Positions 1 through 7,671 of a stretch of 35,570 nucleotides of DNA are shown here, piece after piece. Position 1 is the first letter of the stretch. Every line of letters starts with the position of its first letter. A program made the position numbers and the translations under genes. Below the pieces are notes generated by a model that searched no databases, had not been told where the DNA came from, and saw only the letters and a list, made by a program, of their open reading frames with translations. The stretch covers positions 1-35,570 of the forward strand of contig JADFOP010000019.1 of NCBI GenBank assembly GCA_022562795.1. Direction: 5' to 3'. The stretch is from Nitrospinota bacterium (GTDB lineage Bacteria > JADFOP01).

Positions 1-84
1 TGGATTGTGGTAATAGGTGCAATGTTAGTGGGCATAGTCGCTAGCGCTTCCGTTTTCGGTGTTGCGGGCTTCAGCCGGACTTAG
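1..84 (+). CDS. 3' end of a probable membrane-protein gene (truncated by window start)
   Basis: Frame 1 reads WIVVIGAMLVGIVASASVFGVAGFSRT then TAG at 82-84. The stretch is hydrophobic and TM-like. Start is not visible. Confidence 0.4.
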   Translation, partial: WIVVIGAMLVGIVASASVFGVAGFSRT

Positions 85-120
85 GCAAATAAATATAAAG
101 GGTACTCGGGGTCGCCCCTT

Positions 121-172
121 GTAGGGACAGTCTTTATGGCGGTCCGAGGACAGGGATAAGCCCTGTCTCTAC
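121..172. repeat. GTAG-type REP-like palindromic element between convergent genes (possible bidirectional terminator)
   Basis: GTAGGGACAG (121-130) is inverted by CTGTCTCTAC (163-172, 1 mismatch). Inner hairpin ACAGGG-ATAAG-CCCTGT. GTAG...CTAC ends are typical of REP doublets. Confidence 0.55.
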
Positions 173-234
173 AGGGCTCCATGGTTCTTTCCTCTCCGCT
201 CCGTGTTCCCGCCTGCCGGACCGTCCGGTGGATT

Positions 235-1743
235 TTAAGCCGACCTTGCTTTTCGTTCTATTTTTATAGGTTGAGCCGAAGAGGGTAGGAATCGGCGTCC
301 GTTCCTTACAAGTATGGGCAGGAAGAAGAGGCTCGTACACAGCAGAAGGCCGAAGAGGTTGATCGAGAGCAATCCCCCGTACTTCCCAAGGCCGATCGCC
401 AGGGATTGGGGATAACGCCCCAGGGCCGCCACGAGCCCCAGGGCCAGCCCCGTCCAGAAAGCGAGGTGGAACGAGAGCCGTCCCGCTCCCTTGACCCACC
501 AGAAGCAGAATATTGGGGCCAGCCCCATGACCATCGTCCCGCTGATGGTGGTGGCCTTCAAAATGGAGGGGTTCGCTATAAGGGGCAGGTTGCCCAGGAG
601 GGCGATGACGACCATCGCGGCTTGACCAACCGTGACCGGAGAGGCCCCTTCGAGGCGGGCTTTGGCTCGCCTGAGCCAAGGGTTGTTAGAGAAGCGTGCC
701 AACGGGCCGATGTCTTTCGCCGCCAGGCGGCTAATAGACGAGAAAGTGCTATCGAGAGTGGAGCCGGCGGAGGTCAACATGATGACGTTGAAAATGATGA
801 GCATGGGCAGGCCGAAGAACTGAGCCGTAGAGAGGGTGCTCGGCCCTGCGAGCCCCTTGATTTTTGCGAAAACCCCAACGAGGCTAAAGAGAACGATGAA
901 GCCCATCCCCGCGATGCCCGCGGCGAAAAAGGCCCGCCTCATGGTCTTCGGCTTGGAAATGAAGGCCCTGTCTGTAAGGACCGGGTCATGGAAAGGGTAA
1001 GAGAGGCTCTGGAGGAGGGCCACCAGAATCAGGTCCACGCCCCCGGTTAGGGTAAATTCGCCAACGGTGAGCATCTTAGAGAGGCCGCCCGAGGATGGAA
1101 GCACTTTCGAGAGGATAAAAACGAGGAGGGCCGACGCAAGAAGAAGCTGGACGATGTCTGTAGCGATGGAGCTCCGAAGCCCCCCTTTCAGGCTGTAGGA
1201 TAGCGTGAAGGCCGTAATGACCACGGCCGCCAGTATGTAGGCGTAGCTCCCGGCAGGGCCAAAGTAGGAGGCGACGACGGCGGTGTTGCTCCATACCTCG
1301 TTGTAGAGGCGAATCACAATCGCCAGGGTGAAGGCCACCGCCGCCCCGGGGCCGAAGCGCTCCGTCAGAAACGAGGCCAGCGACCCGTGGCCCGTCGTCG
1401 TACGGATCCGGTAGATGATGACGCCGGCGACCATGAAGCTCAGGTAATAGGTGGCGTAGGCGATACCTCCCACGATGCCGAAGGCATGGCCGAGGTTGGC
1501 CGCGTTCGTGATGCTTTTAGCGAAAATCCACGTAATCAGCGCACTTGACGCCAAGGGCCAGAACCCTACCGACCGGCCGGGGCGTGCGCCCAGAAAGAAT
1601 TCCTGCTCGGATGTGGCCAAGGGAGAGATGAAAACCATGACAAGTCCATAAAGGACGAGAAAGAGCCAGTTGGGATCGCCGGTCCACCCCGCAGCTCCAA
1701 GGCCGACGATGCAACACGCTATCCATAACACCGTCTTAGTCAT
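235..1743 (-). CDS. Sodium:solute symporter (SSS) family transporter
   Basis: 502 aa with many hydrophobic segments and SSS-like motifs: EFFLGAR, YSLKGGLRSSIATDIVQ, TSAGSTLDS. Confidence 0.8.
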   Translation of the reverse strand: MTKTVLWIACCIVGLGAAGWTGDPNWLFLVLYGLVMVFISPLATSEQEFFLGARPGRSVGFWPLASSALITWIFAKSITNAANLGHAFGIVGGIAYATYYLSFMVAGVIIYRIRTTTGHGSLASFLTERFGPGAAVAFTLAIVIRLYNEVWSNTAVVASYFGPAGSYAYILAAVVITAFTLSYSLKGGLRSSIATDIVQLLLASALLVFILSKVLPSSGGLSKMLTVGEFTLTGGVDLILVALLQSLSYPFHDPVLTDRAFISKPKTMRRAFFAAGIAGMGFIVLFSLVGVFAKIKGLAGPSTLSTAQFFGLPMLIIFNVIMLTSAGSTLDSTFSSISRLAAKDIGPLARFSNNPWLRRAKARLEGASPVTVGQAAMVVIALLGNLPLIANPSILKATTISGTMVMGLAPIFCFWWVKGAGRLSFHLAFWTGLALGLVAALGRYPQSLAIGLGKYGGLLSINLFGLLLCTSLFFLPILVRNGRRFLPSSAQPIKIERKARSA

Positions 1744-1895
1744 CGGTTCTCAGCCCGCCCAGGTCTTTATTGATTCGAATCTCATATCCTTTATCAACAT
1801 CATAAAGGCGGGGATATTCCGGGGGTGGGTGCTCCCTGCCCGAAGGGGTTAGGAGGCGGGGAGGCTCTTTGGGCCTTGAGGAGAGTAGGTAGGGC

Positions 1896-4226
1896 TCAGG
1901 CGGGCGGCGGAGCGGAGCGGACGAGGACTTCTCGGGGCTTCACCCCGTCGGTGGGCCCGACGATGCCCTCGCGCTCCATGATATCGATCATCCGCGCGGC
2001 CCGGTTATAGCCGACCCGCATCCGACGCTGAATCATGCTGATCGAGGCCTGGCCCGTCTTCGCCACCATGGCCACGGCTTCCTCGTACTTCTCGTCCAGC
2101 TCCCAGTCGTCTTCGGACTCGCCACCTTCATCCTCGATAGCGGGGGTGAGGAGTGTATCGTCGTAGACGGGTTGGGCCTGCTTCTTGAGCATCTCGGCCA
2201 CCCGCTGGACCTCATCCTCCGAGATGTAGGCACCGTGGATGCGGGTCACCTTGCTCGTCCCGGGCGGGAGAAAGAGGAGGTCGCCCTTGCCGAGCAGCAG
2301 CTCGGCGCCGTTGCGGTCAATGATTGTTCGGCTGTCGGTCTTGCTGGAGACCTTGTAGGCGATGCGCGAGGGGAAGTTGGCTTTGATGATGCCGGTCAGC
2401 ACATCCACGCTCGGCCGCTGGGTGGCCAACAGGAGGTGGATGCCAGCGGCCCGGGCCATCTGGGCGAGTCGGGTTAGGCTGTCTTCCACCTCGCGGGAGG
2501 AGACCATCATGAGGTCGGCCAGCTCGTCGATCACTACGACTATGTAGGGGAGCTTCTCTGGAGGCTCTTCGGCCGGGGCGTCGGCCTCCCGAGCCCCGTC
2601 GCCCTCCGTCTCCGGGGCCACTCGGCCCTCCTCGACGAACTGGTTATAGCGCTCGATGCTGCGGACCCGGTGGGTCGCCAACAGCTTGTAACGGCGCTCC
2701 ATCTCGTGGACTATGTTGCGCAGCACCCGGGCGGCCTGCTTGGGGTCGGTCACCACCGGGGCAAGTAGATGAGGGATGCCATCGTAGGCCGAAAGCTCCA
2801 GCCGCTTCGGGTCGATAAGGACGAACTTGACCTCGTCGGGCCGCGCCCGGTAGAGCAGGCTCGTTATTACCCCGTTGAGCCCGACGCTCTTGCCGCTGCC
2901 CGTGGCCCCGGCGATTAGCAGGTGGGGGATGGCGGCCAGGTCCGTCACAGCCGGGTTGCCCAGGATGTCCTTGCCCAGGGCTACGGCCAAGGGTGAGGGG
3001 TGCTCGCGGAACTTTCGTGAGGCGAGAACGTCCCTTAAGACCACCGGCTCCCGCGCCACGTTGGGAATTTCAATACCGACGACCGCCTTGCCCGGCACGG
3101 GGGCCACGATGCGCACACTCACGGCCCTCATCACAAGGGCCAGATCGTCGGTCAGGTTTATAATTTTACTCACTTTGACCCCGCTGGCCGGTTCGAACTC
3201 GTACATGGTGACGACTGGGCCCGGCAATACCTGGGTCACCCGACCCTCCACCCCAAAGTCCCTAAGCTTCATCTCCAGAATCTCGGCACGCTTTAGCAGG
3301 TCCTCTTGGATTTGTTCCACCTCAATTGCCGGAGGCTCGTCCAGGAGGGACAGGGGTGGAAACTTCCAGGCCCGAGGGCTTCGGGAGAAATCCAGGGAGG
3401 GCTGTCGCGGCTCTCTCGCTTTTGTCCTGCCGCTCGGATCGCTCAAACCGAGCTCTTTTTCGTCAAGGTAGATAACCTGCGGCTCGATCCCCGCAACGAC
3501 GGCGTCCTCCTCAGCCTCGACGTCGGCGGAGCGGCCCCAGAGTCGTTGGCGCCGCGGCTCCGACAGGGTGACCTCTGGGCGGGCGGCCCTGGTTTTCCAA
3601 CTCCAACGGGGGAGCTTCACTTTTTTCGCGGAGGCGACCATGAGGCTCCAGAGGCTCTTCAGTCCAGACAGCGTCGTCATGGCAATTCCCGAGACGGTCG
3701 CTTGGGTCACCAGAAGGAAAGCAATTACGAGCATAGAGCCGGCTACGATGGTCGCCCCCGCGGTATTGAGAATGCTGGAGAGGCCGTGGGCAACGGCATA
3801 GCCTACGGCCCCTCCGGCGGGCACGCCCGCCATGAGGTCGTCAAAGTATGGGTCCGAGGTCAGATATAGATTAAGCAGCGCCGTGCCGGCCGCGAGCAGG
3901 CCCGCCCCTCCCAGCAGCGTCCATTGGAGCCGGGCGGGCTGCGTGCGGCGAAAGAGCTTGACAGCACAGGCCGCGAGCAAGAGGGGCAGGACAAAGGCGC
4001 CTACCCCGAATGTCTGGGCGAGGGCGTCGGCCAGGTAGGCTCCAACCCGTCCGCCCTGATTACGCCAGACCAAAGGCGTAAGCTCCAGCCCTCCCCAGGC
4101 GGTGTTGAGCGAAGGGTCGCCCGGATGGTAGGAGGCGAGGCTGACAACGGCGAATGCGGCCCCTGCGAGGCAGATCACCGCCATGCTTTCTCGTAGGATA
4201 CGATTTAGAGAGAAGACGCCCACCAC
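1896..4226 (-). CDS. ftsK: DNA translocase FtsK
   Basis: N-terminal TM region; alpha domain GPVVTMYE/GIEIPN; Walker A GATGSGKS; Walker B VVVIDELADLMM; ATQRPS; gamma domain SISMIQRRMRVGYNRAARMID. GTG start preceded by AGGGAG RBS. Confidence 0.96.
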   Translation of the reverse strand: MVGVFSLNRILRESMAVICLAGAAFAVVSLASYHPGDPSLNTAWGGLELTPLVWRNQGGRVGAYLADALAQTFGVGAFVLPLLLAACAVKLFRRTQPARLQWTLLGGAGLLAAGTALLNLYLTSDPYFDDLMAGVPAGGAVGYAVAHGLSSILNTAGATIVAGSMLVIAFLLVTQATVSGIAMTTLSGLKSLWSLMVASAKKVKLPRWSWKTRAARPEVTLSEPRRQRLWGRSADVEAEEDAVVAGIEPQVIYLDEKELGLSDPSGRTKAREPRQPSLDFSRSPRAWKFPPLSLLDEPPAIEVEQIQEDLLKRAEILEMKLRDFGVEGRVTQVLPGPVVTMYEFEPASGVKVSKIINLTDDLALVMRAVSVRIVAPVPGKAVVGIEIPNVAREPVVLRDVLASRKFREHPSPLAVALGKDILGNPAVTDLAAIPHLLIAGATGSGKSVGLNGVITSLLYRARPDEVKFVLIDPKRLELSAYDGIPHLLAPVVTDPKQAARVLRNIVHEMERRYKLLATHRVRSIERYNQFVEEGRVAPETEGDGAREADAPAEEPPEKLPYIVVVIDELADLMMVSSREVEDSLTRLAQMARAAGIHLLLATQRPSVDVLTGIIKANFPSRIAYKVSSKTDSRTIIDRNGAELLLGKGDLLFLPPGTSKVTRIHGAYISEDEVQRVAEMLKKQAQPVYDDTLLTPAIEDEGGESEDDWELDEKYEEAVAMVAKTGQASISMIQRRMRVGYNRAARMIDIMEREGIVGPTDGVKPREVLVRSAPPPA

Positions 4227-4273
4227 AGGGCTCCCTGCCCTGGGCCCGTGGGCATGAACGCGAACCTACTATC

Positions 4274-4302
4274 TATATACCATGATAAAAGGGAGTTGGC
4301 AA
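4274..4302 (-). promoter_or_regulatory. Candidate sigma70 promoter for ftsK
   Basis: Minus strand TTGCCA-N17-TATATA with TGn just before the -10 box, about 50 nt upstream of the ftsK start. The -10 lacks the final T. Confidence 0.4.
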
Positions 4303-4360
4303 GTGTTTATTGAAGGAGTTTCTTAAAGACGTTCTCAATATCCACGTAATTGCTCGGAAG

Positions 4361-4409
4361 AAAAAATTTAGAGGCCGGAAACCAGGAGGATGAAGAGCCT
4401 CCGGCCTCT
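4361..4409 (-). terminator. Candidate intrinsic terminator downstream of flp
   Basis: 10-bp inverted repeat AGAGGCCGGA (4370-4379) / TCCGGCCTCT (4400-4409), followed on the minus strand by AAA then T6. Loop is long (20 nt). Confidence 0.45.
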
Positions 4410-4441
4410 CCCCGAGCGCTGCGTAGCGCCAATCGTTTCGA

Positions 4442-4624
4442 TTAGCTCGATGGCGAAACCATAGAGCTGAGCTGGTTGTCAAAGTTTCCGAAGACGCCGT
4501 TCAACGTTACACCAATACTCTGCACGGTCAGAATGATGACGGCCGCTATTAGGCCAATCAGGAGGGCATACTCAGTGGCCGTCGCTCCATCTTGATCGTT
4601 CATGAACATCTTGAGGTGCTTCAA
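4442..4624 (-). CDS. flp: Flp family (type IVb/IVc, Tad) pilin
   Basis: 60 aa. Prepilin cleavage motif DQDG|ATATEYALL (Glu+5, Tyr+6 Flp motif) followed by a hydrophobic helix. TTG start with GGAAGGAGG RBS. Confidence 0.92.
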   Translation of the reverse strand: MKHLKMFMNDQDGATATEYALLIGLIAAVIILTVQSIGVTLNGVFGNFDNQLSSMVSPSS

Positions 4625-4738
4625 CTTGGCGTCCCTCCTTCCATAGCCGGTTGCGCGATTTTGCTACCGAAAGGGCGCGGGTTCCCCTAAGATACCCACC
4701 CTTTTCCCGATAGACTGGGCTTTTCGACTACTGAATTT

Positions 4739-4754
4739 TGCAAGGCTCGTGCCA
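4739..4754 (-). promoter_or_regulatory. sigma54 (-24/-12) promoter of flp
   Basis: Minus strand reads TGGCACGAGCCTTGCA, an exact TGGCAC-N5-TTGCA match with GG-N10-GC spacing. It is oriented toward flp, about 115 nt upstream of the start. Confidence 0.88.
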
Positions 4755-4804
4755 CGCCTGGCCCTTGCCTTCCATATCATCGTACCGTCATGAGTACAGC
4801 CTTG

Positions 4805-4817
4805 GAACTGGTTGATA
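4805..4817 (-). promoter_or_regulatory. Possible IHF site between the flp sigma54 promoter and upstream region
   Basis: Minus strand TATCAA-CCAG-TTC versus consensus WATCAA-N4-TTR (1 mismatch), with an A/T-rich 5' flank. Confidence 0.3.
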
Positions 4818-4952
4818 ATAAAGTGGAAAGGCCATATGGCTGGCGGCGCAAGGCCCCTCAATTCATAAAAGATCCAATTTTGGTTGGAGGTGGGTTTTTA
4901 CCTTATCACAATCAGCTTGAGGATTTGATCAAAGGCCTCTACTTGCGAACTC

Positions 4953-7259
4953 CTAGCTCTTCAGGCCGTATTTCTCCATTCGGTATCGGAAGGTGGGCAG
5001 AGAGATGCTCAGCAGGCGGGCGGCCTTTGACTGGTTGTATTCGGTTCTGTCGAGGGCTTGAACGATGAGCTCCCTGAAGACGTTTTCAATATCAACGCCC
5101 TCGCTGGGTAGAGCGAAGCGAGAGGCCGAGTCGTTCCCGTCGGGCCGGCTCGCCTCCAGAAACGCCAGATGCTCGACCCTCACCTCGGAATCCTCCTCGT
5201 AGAGCACCACCCGCTCGATCGCGTTCCTCATCTCCCGAACGTTGCCCTTCCACGGGTAGGAAAGCAGACGAGACTCCACCTCCCGGCTGATACTTTCAAA
5301 GGACTTGCCGTACTCCTGGTTGAACTCCTTGAGGAAACTCTGGGCCATTGGCAAAATATCCTCGGCCCGCTCCCTAAGCGGCGGCAGATGAATGTGGGCC
5401 ACGTTCAAACGGTAGAAAAGGTCCTCCCGGAAGGAGCCTTCCGAGACGGCCGACTTTAGATCGCGGTTCGTCGCCGCAATGACCCGAACATCGGCTTGCA
5501 CCTCCCGGTTGGAACCCACAGGGTAGAAGGGCTGGCCGTCGAGTATCCGCAGCAGCACCGTCTGGGCCCCAGCAGGAAGCTCCGAAATCTCATCAAGAAA
5601 GAGGGTCCCCTTGTGAGCCAACTCCACCTTGCCCTTCTTGCCGCCCGTGACCGCCCCAGTGAAGGCCCCCTTAGCGTAGCCCAATAGCTCGGCCTCCATC
5701 AGATCCTTCGGGATAGCACCGCAGTTGACCACCACGAGCGGCTGATCGAACCGGGGGCTCGAGCGGTGGATGGCTCGGGCCACCAGCTCTTTACCCGTCC
5801 CCGTCTCGCCCGTGATAAGCACCGTCGCACGGTCGGCACGACCGAGGGTTCCAGCGAGCTCGAAAACCTCCATCATCGAGGGACTGGCCACAATCACGTC
5901 CCCCTGGACGTAATGATCTTGGCTCAAGCTAACCCGATTCCGCCCACCCCGCTTAGCGGCGTCCAGGGAACACTCAGCCGCCGCGAGCAAATCCTTCGCA
6001 TTCATGTCCGAGCCGGGAGTGTACGGGACAACCCCGATGGAGACCGTCAGGCGAATCGAACGGCTACCAAGGGAGAGATCGAAGGCCTCAACCTCTTTCC
6101 GCAGACGCTCGGCCACAATCATGGCACCCTCGCAATCGGTATGGGGCAGGATAACCACCAACTCCTCGCCTTTATACCGAGCTACGGTGTCCATTTGCCG
6201 GGCGGTCCGGGCAACGAGGCCAGTGACAGCCTTAAGGCAGGCTTCTCCTCCCTTCTCGCCGTGGGTGTCTTTCACCGACTTGATGTGGTCAACCTCTAGC
6301 AGCATAAGGGACAAGGGAGTGTTGTAGCGCGCCGCGCGTTGAAACTCCTCCTCCAGCTTTGAGGTGAAGTGGCCCAGATTGCAGGACTTGGGCGAGGAAT
6401 TGTCTGGGGCCCGAGCCTCCGGCTTATCATCCATTTCCTTGCTGTCCCGCAGATCCTTGTTTGTACTGACCGTCCCCACTTCGCACCCATTCTGGTCGAA
6501 GAGGATGGACGAGGAGGCCGAAACTGGAATGAGACTGCCGTCCTTCGCCCGAAGCATGGTTTCGAATCCAGCCAGGCTATCACCGTTTCGACGCATCTGG
6601 CTCATCAGCTCTTCGGCCCGCTCCTCACTCTCGTACAGCTCCGCAACATATCCCCCTATAATTTCATCCCGCCTATACCCCAATAGAGTTTCAGCGCCCT
6701 TGTTGAAGCGGACCACTTTTCCCTCACAATCCGCCGCAATGATGGCGTCTGCAAAGCTTTCGATGAGGCTTTCTATATACTGCTTCGTTTGCTGCAACTC
6801 GACGTGGAATTGCTGGAGAGCACGGTCGGCCTGCTTGCGCTCGATGGCGTACCGGATGGATCGCTTTAGGAAGTTGGCGTCCCCCTGCCCTCTAATTAGG
6901 TGCTCCTGCGCCCCATTCCGCACCGCCTCAAGGGCAAACTCCTCATCGGCGGGGTCACCCATAACAACAAGAGGCACGTCAGGAGCCACATTATGAACTT
7001 TGGCAACCGCACCCAGGCCACTAGAGTCCGGCAGCGAAACGCTCAGCAGGACAACATCGAAATTCCCATTACCGAGGGATTTCGATGCTTCGCTCAGCCG
7101 CCCGGCATGCAGAACTTCGAATTGAGCCGAACCTTCTTCATCCAACATCTCCCGGATCGAGCGGGCCTCTTCCGCGTTTTCCTCGACCAATAAAACCTTG
7201 ATAAGTTTATCGCTCATATTTCTCATTAAGGCCGCAATCATTCGACGCTCGACCAACAT
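4953..7259 (-). CDS. sigma54-dependent enhancer-binding protein: pseudo-REC + PAS + degenerate GGDEF + AAA+ + Fis-type HTH
   Basis: REC-like N-terminus (VLLVEE...DVVLLSVSLPD); PAS (FNKGAETLLGY...RAKDGS); GGDEF fold with RQMDTVARYKGEEL and AKRGGRNRV; Walker A GETGTGKE; GAFTGA (5652-5669); Walker B LFLDEI; FREDLFYRLNV; HTH NQSKAARLLSIS. Start could instead be 7226 or 7217. Confidence 0.92.
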   Translation of the reverse strand: MLVERRMIAALMRNMSDKLIKVLLVEENAEEARSIREMLDEEGSAQFEVLHAGRLSEASKSLGNGNFDVVLLSVSLPDSSGLGAVAKVHNVAPDVPLVVMGDPADEEFALEAVRNGAQEHLIRGQGDANFLKRSIRYAIERKQADRALQQFHVELQQTKQYIESLIESFADAIIAADCEGKVVRFNKGAETLLGYRRDEIIGGYVAELYESEERAEELMSQMRRNGDSLAGFETMLRAKDGSLIPVSASSSILFDQNGCEVGTVSTNKDLRDSKEMDDKPEARAPDNSSPKSCNLGHFTSKLEEEFQRAARYNTPLSLMLLEVDHIKSVKDTHGEKGGEACLKAVTGLVARTARQMDTVARYKGEELVVILPHTDCEGAMIVAERLRKEVEAFDLSLGSRSIRLTVSIGVVPYTPGSDMNAKDLLAAAECSLDAAKRGGRNRVSLSQDHYVQGDVIVASPSMMEVFELAGTLGRADRATVLITGETGTGKELVARAIHRSSPRFDQPLVVVNCGAIPKDLMEAELLGYAKGAFTGAVTGGKKGKVELAHKGTLFLDEISELPAGAQTVLLRILDGQPFYPVGSNREVQADVRVIAATNRDLKSAVSEGSFREDLFYRLNVAHIHLPPLRERAEDILPMAQSFLKEFNQEYGKSFESISREVESRLLSYPWKGNVREMRNAIERVVLYEEDSEVRVEHLAFLEASRPDGNDSASRFALPSEGVDIENVFRELIVQALDRTEYNQSKAARLLSISLPTFRYRMEKYGLKS

Positions 7260-7671
7260 CCTACGATCGAGCCCAACATCATGTCGAACCGCTCAAGTAC
7301 TACGCCTTTGCTCCAGTCCTAGAGCACGTTAATCCCGTGCCTTGCCCCTGCCCTGCGCCGGAGGCGCGACGGTTGGGCGGGTATCACGCGATTGTCCGCC
7401 ACCGACAACATCTTGATAGATGTAGCGATGGCTCCATATTGAACTTATCGGAACTTGAAGGCTAGATTTGACATCAAAGGCCGGACTATCTATGCCCTAC
7501 ACCACCAATAGTTGTTAATAATCGCTACCGCACTACGTTATTCGGGGAGGTGAGGTCTACCTTATAGGGATTTGAGGGAGGTCCGCCCTCGGCCAGCAAG
7601 CCGCTCCCCTTTTCCTTCAAAAACCCCCCAGGTATAATACTCACCCAACCCGGAAGGAGGAGGCCTGGCCC

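Noticed and set aside
1750-1803. 17-aa minus-strand ORF (MMLIKDMRFESIKTWAG) just upstream of the symporter as a leader peptide
   Set aside because: No RBS, no regulatory codon run and no attenuator structure.
4370-4430. GCCTCCGGCCT resembles part of the c-di-GMP-I riboswitch
   Set aside because: The GGCAAAC/GAAA tetraloop and downstream elements are missing, it is antisense to the local genes, and it is explained as a terminator stem arm.
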